A stretch of 64,000 nucleotides of DNA, taken from contig CM059432.1 in assembly GCA_030390025.1 (NCBI GenBank), positions 74,898,001 to 74,962,000 of the forward strand, in the 5' to 3' direction. Below are positions 1 through 11,940 of this stretch, in pieces. The notes beneath the pieces were generated by a model. The model searched no databases. It had not been told where the DNA came from and worked only from the letters and a program-made list of their open reading frames with translations. The translations under genes and the position numbers were made by a program. The stretch is from Squalus acanthias. Taxonomy: Eukaryota. The first letter of the stretch is position 1. The number at the start of each line of letters is the position of its first letter.

Positions 1-1329
1 AATATCACTGTTATATTAAATATTTATCAATTCACAACTACTCAGCAGAACATTACAGTTATAATGAAACTGTTAAAGGTGTTAGAAACACATCCATCAG
101 CTATGTAAATGTGTTAAATTGTGCCATCAACTGTTATGAACAGTTGGAATCTATTGAACAAAACAGAAGTGAAAGCTAATAACAACCACTATTTTTGTAT
201 TTATATTTTGCTTCTCACGTAAATAGAAATGTTAAAGCACTTCACAATCCAAAGAGCATGAAAAGGAGGAAATCTAAAGGGGGTAGAGAGCAAGAATATT
301 GTCAAACAACAGTAAAAACTGGAAACACACAGCAGCTCAATCAGCATCTGTGTAGAGGACAGACTGTCCGTGTTTCAGATGTGTAATCTTCTTGAAACAT
401 GGTCAAGGAGATAGCTTTTGTAAGCAGGGAAAGAGCTAGGAAGGTGAAATGTTTTGGAACAGGGGCATAATACTTAAATGATTTTATAGCAAAGAGAGCA
501 GGAAACAAACAGTACTCCACAGTCAAAGGAGCAAACGTGCACACAGATATATATTGCTGAAAAAAAAATTGTTCAGAAAAAATTGAGAAATGCCATGGAG
601 AAATTTGAAGATGAAGATGAAAATCTTGCAGTCAATTTGCTAGGGCACTGAAAGCCAGAGGAGCTTGGCAAGAACTGAGGTGATGCGTGGGATGTGGAGT
701 AAGCAGATTGTTTAACTTATGCTACGCAATACCTAAGAACACGAGCGCAAAATTAACAAGCCTTAAGATGAAAGGTTCTACTTTATTCCATTCACTAATT
801 TTAGTGAAAAAGTACATGTAAGTATAAATTGAATACCACTTTATACTCACTTCTACTTTATTGCTAAGATCAGCACACAGAGGAATTATGCTCCAGGGTG
901 ATTTGGCCTATCATTTTTTTCCTGCAGTAAGTTCTTCCTAAAAGTAGCCAGTGAGTGAATAGACAAAAGCAGTTCATTGTGTGTTGATTAACTCCTGTAA
1001 AAAATGAAGCTGGATAAATATCTGGCTAAGAACAGGATTGAAGGCAATAAGGATAAGTATAGATATTGATGAGTAATGGTGCCTGTGCTACTGGGACCAT
1101 AGGAATGCCTTCTATGGCATGAAACTGGTTAAGGATGAAAAAGGAGATTAGTGAAAATATAGGGTAGATTTTATGAATTAGCAGTCCCATCGCAGGAAGC
1201 TCTGCACTTGGAGCAGTAATTTGTAAGATCTAACCCATGAAGTCTAAGAAGGAGACATTTAATAAAATTAAGGCTAGTAATATGGAAGAAACCCACTAGA
1301 AAAAACAAAAGGAGAAAGCGCCTTAAAGT

Positions 1330-3330
1330 GGGAAATTTGGAGGATTGAGAGTGTGATAAAAAGACCATCGGTCAACATAGAAGTATAAAGTTTACAGGCT
1401 GCACTCTTGAGCCGTGCTTGACCGGAGAGTTGGTGTGGAGGTCAGTGTGTCCAATACATGGCACTCATGAATATCCACTGAAGCTTAGAAAGTTTACCCT
1501 ATCAGTTAACAACAAAGGACATCAAAGCAAGAGTATAGGCAAAGAAGGAGTTAGACCACTAAAGGGTTGAAGATGGCAATCTGATGCAGAATGAAAGAAT
1601 TTCAGAGATGCTTAGCAAGTATTTTGCCTCTGTATTTACAAAGGAGAATGAAGGAAGGGCTGTAGGATTACCAGAAATAAAGTCACAGCTTCAATGTAAG
1701 TAACTATCAGCTGCCATTTTCCCATGCTCTTCACCGGGAATGTGCTGATAGCATTGGACGCCCATATAAAGTTGGCACTGAAGGGTACGCTGATTCAGAC
1801 CCTTGAAAATTGGATACTTAAGAGTGTAGTACTTTGTTTATTAGTCCTTTTTATTCCTTTTACTTACATTTTGATTCTAACAACTTTTTAAATTTTGTTT
1901 AGCCCTTTTGTATATTTTTGGAAACTTGCCCCACCCACTTATTGCAAACATTTATCCCCATCCTATGGCTTTAAATGTGAAATGATGACTTGGCTGGAGG
2001 GATGGCTGAAAGATAGAAAGCAGAATTGGAGTAAATGGGTGTTCCTCCATCCAGTTGGCAATTTGTAACTAGTTACGTGCCTCAGGGATCTCTCATTTGC
2101 CATATGCATAAATTATTTAGGCAGAGAGAATATTAAAATTTGTTGATACCAAATTAGTGTAATTGCAAACTGTAAGGAAGGATGCAGAAAACGACAGGAT
2201 AGACAGATTAGTTAAGTGGGCAGATATATGGCGAATGCAGTTTCACGAAGATAACTCTGGAGTGACAGATTTTGGTAAAAAGAACAGAGAATGGAATTAT
2301 GGTAAAATTTTCAATGGAGTGAAGGAGTAGTGAGATAGATCGAGGAATGGAGATGCACAGATCTTTAAAAGCAGGATTCCATGCATAAAAAGACATTGGC
2401 CCAGAAATTGATCTCGCTCTGTTCCCGCGGGGGTAAGGCTTCCCCGCGATCTCTCACTCCGCGTGTGCTTTTTCAGATCCAGCTCGCACAAACTTGATGT
2501 TCCAGACATCAGCTGGGCAGTGCTTGCGTATCCCACCGGCGTAGTGAATTCGTGCGAGCTGTGGGATCACGTGACTCAGTTAGAGCCAATGGCAGCACAC
2601 CATCTTCCATTCATAAGTTTCACATACGTGCTGTGAAATCTATGAATCTTACACCCCCCCAAAATAACAGCTAAACCTCAATTAAATTTTTAAAAAAAAC
2701 CATCACATTAATAAAATAAGTATAGTTAAATAAATTAACCATTTTAAATAAAAAATTAAATTTTTGAAAAAATTTAAAATCTTTTAAAAAGTTATAAAAA
2801 TAAACTTACCTGTCTTTAAAGTCTCTAAAAAAGATATACCTGTTAAAAAAATTCAAAAAAATACTTAATTCACTACTTACCTTGTTAAAAGTGAGTCTTA
2901 CTCCTCCTTTTTCCATTTCTAAAATCTTCCGTACTTACCTGCGCGTCCAAAGCACGAAGTGCACAGCGTGCGCGCAGCCTGTAGCGCGCACGCGATGCAC
3001 CGAGGAACCGCCCCCTTTTCAAAAGACCAAGTGCCGGTTTTCAGCGCATGCGCAGGGCATGCAGAAAACCGGCAATTGGAGAGAGAATACGCGAGAGTAC
3101 GCAGTGCGTACTCTCGCGCAGCGGGATCAATCTTTGGCCCAGTAAATGACAAATTTGATTCTGGGTGTTATACATAGGAGCATTGAATACAAATGCAAAG
3201 AGATGATGATGATGAATCTGTACAAGACATTATTTAGGGCACAGCTGCGGTACCGCGTGCACAGTTTTGGGAACCCAATTATAGACAGGACATTATAGCC
3301 ATGGGAAAATTGCAACATAGATTCACTAGT
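1330..3330 (+). mobile_element. Old, degraded CR1-type LINE ORF2 fragments, interrupted by a DNA element at 2398-3140
   Basis: Decayed matches to CR1 ORF2 segments seen elsewhere in the window (tattttgcctctgtatttaca, gtgcctcagggatc, gtgcacagttttgg). Boundaries approximate. Confidence 0.55.
2398..3140. mobile_element. Non-autonomous PIF/Harbinger-type DNA element
   Basis: TIRs GGCCCAGAAATTGATCTCGCT and (revcomp) GGGCCAAAGATTGATCCCGCT match 17/21. Flanks ATT/AGT give an imperfect 3-bp TSD. GC-rich arms, AT-rich core; shares internal motifs with 22499-24324. Confidence 0.7.
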
Positions 3331-3760
3331 TTTTGGTCACTTTACTAATATCTCTTTCTTTGTCTCTGTATCTATTTTTGTCTTATTACACCTCTGTGAA
3401 GTGCCTTGGGATGTTTTTCTACGTTAAATGAATGCAAGTTGTTGTTGTTGAGTATGATGCCAATGGGAGTATAGATCAGAAAGATATGCATAGTTTCCTT
3501 TTTATTAAAAAATCATAATTAACAACCCTAAATATGTTTGTTAAAAATATATTTTTGAGTCTCCTAGTGCAGGAGTCCACTTTTGTTTTATTTATTTTTT
3601 AGCCTGTTTCTTCTTGTAGTGCAGTAGTCTGATTCACACACAATTTCACAATGACCTAAAATGGAAAATTGTTTGGCAGGAATTAAAAGTTGCCACCCTC
3701 CCATAGTAACACCCTTCTGTGTACCCACAATGCTAGCACCCAGATATCTGAGTTCATTGT

Positions 3761-4990
3761 GGGGTACGGTGGCATAGTGGTTATGTTACTGGACCAGTAA
3801 TCCTGAAGCCTGGACTAATTGATCCAGGGACATGAGTTCAAATCCCACCATTTAAATTCAGCTAATTAAATAAATTTGGAATGAAAAGCTAGGGCTGGAT
3901 TTTGCCAATGGGGAGCTTTTGGAGGCAGGACTCCCACTTGTCGGGTTTCAGTCCCACCTCCATCAACTTCTGGCCAACCCACGCTATTTTCCCTTGATTG
4001 ACCTTGTTAAGCCCGCCCAGCGGGCTTAGCAGGCCAATTAAGGGAAAGCCGGTTACAGGGAACGTCAGCGTATGACGTTTCATCTGTCAAAAAATTTTAA
4101 CAGATGAATTGTCATCGTTTGACAGCTCTGTGAAGCTGTCAAACATTGACATTCTCTGTAGTTTGATGAGTTCTTGAATTCAAGACCTCATCAAGCCTCT
4201 TTCTTTTGCAGAAATTAGATGGTTGTTGCTTTGGAGAATGCAACGGCCATCTATCATCTCTGCCGCGGAGGTGCGAGACTCTCCGCATACCCACCGATTT
4301 GAAGCCTGCAGGAAGAAACAAAGGTAAGTACACTTTTTCTAACACTTACCTCACATACTCACCTCTTCACACTTGCACCCATCACTCACCTCCGCAGCAC
4401 ACTTTTGGACCCCTCTGACTCCCGCAGACCCACTACTCACCTCAGTGACCCTTGCGGGTTTTGGAGCCTTCGGGAAGCCCGCACTTGTATGGGCAAAATG
4501 GGGATAATCCTCTTATCTGCCTGTTAACTACCTTTTAACAGGCAGATAAGTGGCTGTAATCCCTTCCCGCATCCAAGGAGACGGGACCCGGCGCGGGACG
4601 GCTTCCCGCCTCCTGGCAAGATGGCACAGAGGTAGGTTGGGGGCGGGTTGGGCACCCGCCCCCAAATTCTGCCATTTTCCCGGCAGTCCCGCCTCCATAC
4701 CCGCCTCCTCAGGACTGGCAAAATCGCCCCTAGTGTCAGTAATGATGACAATGAAATTACTGGATTGTTGTCATAAACCATCTGGTTTAATAATGTCCTT
4801 TAGGGAAGGAAATCTGCCGCCCTTACCTGGTCTGGGCTATATGTGACTCCAGACCCACAACAATGTGATTGACTCTTAACTGCCCTCCGCGGTTCAAGAA
4901 GGCAGCTCACCACCACCTTCTCAAGGGCAATTAGGGATGGGCAATAAATGCTGGCCTTGCCAGTGATGCCCACATCCCATGAACGAAAAA
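3761..4990 (+). mobile_element. tRNA-derived SINE, interrupted by a DNA element at 3893-4730
   Basis: A-box-like TGGCATAGTGG and B-box-like GAGTTCAAATCCC at the 5' end. The 3' tail (caccaccttctcaagggcaattagggatgggcaataaatgctggccttgccag...) ends in an A run and resembles the 3' end of the LINE at 10945-11940. Confidence 0.75.
3893..4730. mobile_element. Non-autonomous PIF/Harbinger-type DNA element
   Basis: TAG duplicated at 3890-3892 and 4731-4733. Termini GGCTGGATTTTGCC ... GGCAAAATCGCCCC. Removing it restores the SINE (aaagctagtgtcagtaat). Confidence 0.8.
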
Positions 4991-5929
4991 AATATATATT
5001 GGTTACAGTTGCTGACACAAACCCTACAGTTGCAACTTGAAACAAAATATGTGGGCAGACCTGCACCAGAGCAAAAATTTAGGACAATATTTTTTAGGAA
5101 GATCACTCAAGTTTTAAAATGTATCCACCTATTTATTAATCATACAGCTGTCCTTTTTATGTGCAAGCCTCATTCACGGGGATTTGTTTTCTCTGCCTTG
5201 ATCTGTTGAATATAATAGGATTAAACTGTGTGTCATTTTATTGTAGCCTATTAAAGGTACACCATGAAATTGTGCACTTCCCCCAAACCATTCCTTTAAT
5301 CTAAGAGTCATTTTACAACTGCTTTGTTATCAAAGATGCGCAACATTTGATATGAAGATGATTCTGTCCGGTTACTAATTGAGTTTATGACATTTTAGGA
5401 ATTGGTTAGAGAGAACAGTGCATCATATACAATTTATACCTAAATGACACAAACAAGCCAATGGAACACAAGAATGTCTAGGGTAATTGGCTGCTGATTT
5501 TATGTTACAATAGTTATCACAAGGTATTCAGGCATTCAGAATAGATGGCTATTCAAAATAATTGTGCTGTTTCAGGTTTATTTCAGAGTCCAATTTAAAA
5601 AGGAGAACATTACTACTTAGGGTGGCAAGGTAGAGCAGTGAGTTGGTACTCCAATAGTACGCCAGATTAGCTCTTGCTTCTAGGAAGAAGGAAGAACTTG
5701 CATTTATAGAGACCTCATGATGTCCCAAAACACTTCACAGCCAATTAAGTGCAGTCATTGTTGTAATATAGGGAAACGTGACAGCCAAATTCCACACAGT
5801 AAGGTCCAACAAACAGCAAAAAACAGAGAGAAACGATCAGTTAATCTGCTTTAATGGTGTTGATTGAGAGATAAATGTAGGCCAGGACACCAAATTAACT
5901 TTACCACTTTTCTTCAAATAGTGCCCTTG

Positions 5930-8103
5930 GGGGGGAAAAAATTGGGCTACTTACCGCCACCCGTTAGCGTCGGAATCCTGGAAAGAAATGGCGGCTGCCG
6001 CTCTAATGCCTGCCTCTGGTGCGGGACTCGGCAGCCGCCATTTTGGTGAGGGCCATAGCGCTGCCGTTAACAGCAAACAGCATGCAAATATGGGGAGCGT
6101 GACACGCCGACTTAACGCCACGCTCTGCGAAGTTGGCCCTTTACGCTGAGTTCAGCGCTGGGTCCTAAGCTCACTCTGAAAAACGGGCCTGCAGCAGACC
6201 GACAGAGATGCTGTCAGCACTTCTTAAAGGGACACACACATCTTTCAGAAAAGTTTGCATTTAAGCTTTTGGACTGGATGTTTTATATTTTATTGAAGTA
6301 GTGGCTTGGTGCAATATGTGCTAAAAGTTTTTAAAGTGTGCAGGGACTGCAGGGAGTTCTGCTGGATGCTTGTGAGGCCTTGGATGGTAAAGGAAGGCCT
6401 CTAGAAGACAGAAAATGCTGGAAATACTCAGCAGGTTAGGCAGCATCTGTGGAGAGAGAAACAGAGTACACGTCTCAGGTCAAGATTCTACCTGACCTGC
6501 TGAGAATTTCCAGCATTTTATGCTTTTATTTCAGATTTACAGCATCCGCTCACAGAGGGAGAAGGAAGCAGAAGGAAGAATGCAACCCAAACAGCCCCTT
6601 TCTGGCCGAGATATCCGGGATGGAATCATCCATCTGCAATACCAGTGACCACAACCCCAATTCCTCTTTCAACATTTGTCCCACACCTTACCTTCCCTCT
6701 GTTACTGACCATCACAGCGTCCTCTTGGCCACAATGTTGAAATAAAAGCCATCACAAAGCAAACTTTCCAATCCAACTTTATACCTCTATCCATCCAATA
6801 TGACATCAAAAAATCAACTAATCAGCTTTGTGCATTCCCTTAGTGACTGTCTTGTGTCTGCCTTTGCCTATCCTAGTGATGTAATGCAGTGCTACCGCAG
6901 TGGCTGCAGCATTGCTGGTGGAAGGCTGCTGACTTTCAGTGGGGGACACTGCATATGGCCTTGCAGGTCGACCTTGAGGAGCTGGTGGCTGGGAGTGTAA
7001 AATCGAGTGATGGTGTTTCTTCTTCACTCTCCTCTCCCTCTTCTTGGTCAACCACTGGCTGGGCAGGCTGCATTACTTGGGTGTGTAAAATGAGGAAGGC
7101 ACAAGGGTGGAGTTGTGGTAATGGGAGGGTGGGAAAGCAAGAGGTGCATGCGAGAAGGAGGATAATGCATGAGGATACCAGCATCTTGTATCCTTTCAGC
7201 CCTGCTGTGGGCCGGGGCTCAGCCATGCCCCTGCCAAGAATGGCCTGCACCATCTCCTCCATGGGGGTGAGGTGAGGCTAGGAATGGGAGGTGTGCCTCG
7301 TGTTTGGTACAGATTATTGGTAGGTGAGTGATGCGGTGGGGGGGGAGTCGTGTGTTGAGAAGTGTGTGAGGCTGGTGGTGTAGTTGGTAGGAGATGGTTT
7401 TTGAAGATGCATTCACTGACCTTGACCACTGATCTGTGGTCATGAAGCTTCCTTGGGCACTGCAGCCAAGTCGTAGGGGTGACACTGGTGGCAGTGACGG
7501 CCTTGGTGATCTGGTCCCACATCATTCTTTCTGGAGGGCCCCTGGCCCTTGTGGGTAGAGGGCCTCTCTTGCAGTGTTGACTCCCTGCACAACGCTGGAG
7601 TGCTGCGTACAAGACCCTGGGTGCCCTTCCCTGGCTTGCTGAGCCATTTGTGTTACTGCTGAAGCACTTTTCCCATTTTTTTTTGGTGTGGCTGGCAGTT
7701 CGGCTTTCAGAGCTGAAGACTCCCGTTTGGGAATTCTTTTTAATGTTAATTTTTTCTCAGAAGGCAGTTGAGCTCTAAGGGCTAAAAACTGCCTTGTTAT
7801 AAATTATTTTTATTTTTTTCATTTTAGAAGGCAGTTCCCCTTTAAGGGACCAACACTGCTTTCTAAAATGACAGCCTTGCTTTAAGAGAAGACTGTTCTT
7901 GCTCCAATGACGATACAGTCACGCTACATTGGACCTCCTGCTGAGACTACCGCCATGAAAACCAGCCTTGCACAGTAAGTTTAGTGCTGCGCTAATGTTA
8001 ATTAGGAAGCAGCACCAATATACCGGTACTGCCTGCGCTATTAATTTAACTGCGGCCCATGGTGCCATCGGCAGGTTTCTAGCGCGCTTGAATTTCTAGG
8101 CCC
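5930..8103. mobile_element. Internally deleted PIF/Harbinger transposon with a Myb/SANT-like gene remnant (-) and a probable transposase 3' end (+)
   Basis: TTG duplicated at 5927-5929 and 8104-8106; termini GGGGGGAAAAAATT ... AATTTCTAGGCCC. Minus-strand peptide MWDQITKAVTATSVTPTTWLQCPRKLHD resembles the trihelix Myb/SANT motif. Plus-strand ...SGRDIRDGIIHLQYQ* near 6600-6648 resembles a HARBI1-type C-terminus. Confidence 0.75.
6405..6549. mobile_element. Penelope-like terminal fragment in inverted (hairpin) arrangement, inside the Harbinger element
   Basis: aaaatgctggaaatactcagcaggttagg ... cctgacctgctgagaatttccagcatttt form an inverted pair. The same sequence forms the 3' end of the Penelope copy at 16280-16330. 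Confidence 0.7.
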
Positions 8104-9729
8104 TTGGCTCTTTTACATCCACCTGAGAGAGCAGAAGGGCCTTGATTTAATGTCTCATCCAAAAGACGGCATCGCCAACAGTGCAGCATTCCCTCATTAC
8201 TGCTCTGAAGTGTCAACCTAGATTTTGTGTTCAAATCTCTGGAGTGGTCCTTGAACCCATGACCTTTGACTCAAAAACGAGAGTGCCAGCACTGAGCCAA
8301 GACTGACACTGGTTCTAATCTTACAAACTAACTGGGTTTGGGGACACTACCAGAAAATTGCAAGATAGAAAACATTGCACCCTTATACAGAAAAAGCAGG
8401 AATTAAAAAAAAAAAATAGTTGCAGGCTAATGAGTTTAACATCAGCAGGTGGAAAATTGATAGAATCCACCATAGGGCAGAATAAGTGAGCACACAGAAA
8501 ACTATAAGCTGATTAAAGAAAGTCAGCATAGTTTTCTGAAAGGTGAGTCATGTCCAACCTAATGGAGTTCTTTGACAGAATTAAAGAGGTGCAGGGGCTA
8601 GAGGCCATGCCACGGGCTTGATCTCAGTCACTTGTAGAGGTGAGACATCAAGCAGAAGCTAGGCCCCTCCTACAGTGAGAGAAAAAGGAGCTTCTGGATC
8701 AGTGTTAATAATTTGGGAAACTTTATTTTCTCCTTGAAGTTTAATTAATCACCACCTCCCAGGTCAAGGATCTCCTGCAGCCTACTAACCTACTCCCAGG
8801 ACTCCAACAATGCTGCTCTTAATGTAATTTTGCACTATTGATGATGCCAATATCCTCTGTATATTTCCAAATGCAGGACAGTTCAAAGACAATTCTTGAC
8901 CTTATACACGATTGGTGGAGAACAGTATTTGGTTTGGTTGTTTGCCTTTATTGAATGTGCAAAAAATCTTGGTCATACAGCTTGTAATTCTTTGCAGTTC
9001 ATACTAATTACAATAAGTTGAATCCCAAACTCAAGACAATTTTGTTTTCTCTGTCAGAGTACAAATCTGATTTTTCCAAGTAATTTCTTCCCATTTCAAT
9101 ATTCTGATTTCCTCAGACCAACTGCAGGTTGGTATGCCAGACCTTCATTCTCAGTCGAATGCTGGGAGGTATACAAGAGTGACTGACAATGACTCTTCCT
9201 CAGACTTCCTCCTTACCCCCACCTCTCCTGGTTGGGTAGTGTCTGCCTGCTACTCAACATATGCCCATGATTGCAATTGGGAGCTCAGTGGCATAAGAAA
9301 TCATGGACAAGACCTCACACCATAACACAGTGTGCTTGTGCTCCAGTGCTCTGGGCCAACTCCAGTTATCATAATGTGCTTCAAGACGCCATTTAAATTC
9401 ATATAAATCACATAAAGCAAGTTCTAGTTCTAGGAAACATTGGAATTTTTACCACTTAACTGAGGTTGTATGATGTAAGAGGTTAAACTGGAGGAAACTA
9501 GAAAAAAAATGTAGAAAAATAATTTTCAGCAATGTGAATGTCTGAGCATATTTCTTTCAGTGCAGTTTGAGGATTGTGAGCTGTACAAATAAAAGCAAAA
9601 GCATTCAAAAATGAAACGGGTAGCAGTACCCTTTCAGTGGTGCTGATTTTACAGACAGCAGTCACCTTGCTTGATTCTTCTGTGACTTTAAGTTACTAAT
9701 CATTGGATTCTGTGCTCTCATCTCTGCAG

Positions 9730-9840
9730 GACAGCTTCCCTGCGCGCTTTGGAGGCATCCATTTTGTGAACCAGCCTTGGTATATCCACGCTTTATATAC
9801 GATAATAAAGCCATTCCTGAAAGACAAGACCAGGAAAAGG
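9730..9840 (+). CDS. CLVS1: Clavesin-1 internal coding exon (CRAL-TRIO/SEC14 domain): [37 protein letters not shown]
   Basis: Acceptor ...tctctgcag at 9729, donor gtaatt at 9841. 111 nt, phase 0/0. The peptide is recognisably clavesin CRAL-TRIO. CLVS1 is preferred over CLVS2 because of the C-terminus and the ASPH adjacency. Confidence 0.95.
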
Positions 9841-10944
9841 GTAATTAAAATTTCAGCAGATGGGAAACCTGATTCAGTATGGCAAATAACAATTAATTTG
9901 CAAGTATGGTTCAGAATAATAAAACTCTTCTCTGCCTAGTTGAATGGGAAAGGAGGGCAAACTTATATAGAGGGGAGAGGAAGCTGCAAATGGTCAGTGT
10001 GTACCTCATGCTATGCATGTCTGTGTGCATATTATAAATGATTTATTGACTCAGACACAGTTCTGATCAGTGCTCAGCCTGTCTTGAAATCCAAGACTCC
10101 ATTTTAACCCTCTGAATGCTGAATTAATTTTTGCATTTGCACACCATAAACTGTCGCTTGAATCCATAATACCAATGTGAAATTATTATGAACAAGAGAG
10201 TGAAAGACAAACATTCTTCATTAATAATCTTTTTTTAACTTCTTTGCCCCTCTCCTCCTCTCGCTCCTTTAGTTCAGGGCCCAACCGAGCCACACATGCG
10301 ATCTGACAGAACAGTCAGCTGACCTGTACTAAGGCCTATGCCAATGCTGCTGTGTAACTAATCACTAAGAGGCCTATGGAAGCATTTGATATTCAACTGC
10401 TTTCCTGGTTAAATGCACCAAAAAATCTTTTCCCTGTAGCACGAGTGGGGTTGGAAGCTCAATATATGGGGAATTCTGGGCACCTGTCTAAATCCTTCTT
10501 CAATTTACAATTTGTTCTTGACTGATGTGGGATGAAGTGACTGTCATTACCTTCAAAGAGTTCTCACTGTAACAGCTTTGAATAACTTGTTGCATTATAG
10601 TTTAGTCACTGGAACAAGTTTTAAACAATTTCAATCGTGAAACCTGTTGTTAATAATGAACCAATTCATTTACTTGACATACTTTAACAAAGCTATCTTC
10701 AAATCAATTTTAAAGGTTTGCTATATGTTGTATAGGTATATTATAGAGATACATGTGAAATGTTCTCATTATAAAATGTCATAATTTCAGATACTTGGAA
10801 TGCCTTTATTATTAATTAATGTCTTAATTTTATAATACTTTGGCAATTTTTAGTCAAATTATCATTGAGAGTGAAACAGTGCTGTTTATGAATCCAGTCC
10901 ATTGTATCCTGTCATCTGGGTCTCAGTGCACTTTCTTTTGTTCT

Positions 10945-11940
10945 TTGGATTTGGGTGATGCTGGCAAGGAAACATTTATTGTTAATCCTTAGTTTTCCTG
11001 AGAAGATTGTGGTGGCCCTTCTCCTTGAATCATTGCAGTCCTTGTGATGATGGTGCTCTCATGATGGTTTTAGATCGGGAATTCCAGAATATTAACTCAG
11101 CGATGATGAAGGAAGAGCAATATATGTCCAAGTCAGGATGATGTGTGACGTGGAGGTGTTGATTTTTCCACAGCACTGCTGCTTATCGATTTTGGTGGTA
11201 GAGGTATTGGGGCTGTGAGGTGTTGAAGTAAGCTAGGTGAATTGCTGCAGTGCATTCTATAGTTACTATATCCTGCAGTCATAGTGCGCCACTGGTGGAT
11301 GGGTTAGATATTGAGTCCAATGTCAGGGGTGCCAATCAAATGATCTGCTCTGTCCTGGATGTCTTTGACCTTCTTAAGCGTTGTTGCAGCTGCACCCATC
11401 CAGGTGAATGGTGAGTATTCTATTACTCTCCGGCCTTGAACCTTGATGGTGAAGAGGCTTTGAGGGGTCAGGAGGTGAGCCACTGGTCACTGAGCATCCA
11501 ACCTTTGCATTGATCTTGTAGCCACAAGATGTGTTAATATGGTTGGTCAAGTTAAGCTTTTTGTCAATGGTGATTCCCAAGATATTGATGGTGCGGGTCT
11601 CGGTAATGGTGTTGCTGTTAAAGGTCATGGGGTGATGGCTGAGCTTTCTCTTGTTTGAGTTGGCCTGGCATTTATGTGGCGTGAATGTTACCTGCCATTT
11701 GTCAGCCGAAGCCTGGATGTTGTCCAAGTCCTGCTGTAGGCCAGCACTGGATGCTTCATTATCGGAGGAGTTGTGAATGGAGCTGAACACTATGGAATCA
11801 TTGGCCAAAAACCCCAATTCTCAACTTATGGCGGAGCAAAGGTCCTTGATGAATCAGCTGAAGGTCGTTGGGTTGAGGACACTTCTCTGAGGATCACCTT
11901 CAGTGATGTCCTGGGGCTGCAATGATAGGCCTCCGTTAAC
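10945..11940 (-). mobile_element. Degraded CR1/L2-clade LINE 3' portion (RT C-terminus)
   Basis: ORF 11374-11817 (LQQDLDNIQASADKWQVTFTPHKCQA...INILGITIDKKLNL) is typical post-RT LINE sequence. Its 3' tail resembles that of the SINE at 3761-4990. Confidence 0.8.

Larger units (their letters stand above)
5690..8311 (-). mobile_element. Deu-domain (SacSINE1/AmnSINE1-like) tRNA SINE split by a Harbinger element
   Basis: Segments 5690-5929 and 8104-8311 are collinear with the intact copy at 46143-46579. Confidence 0.75.
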
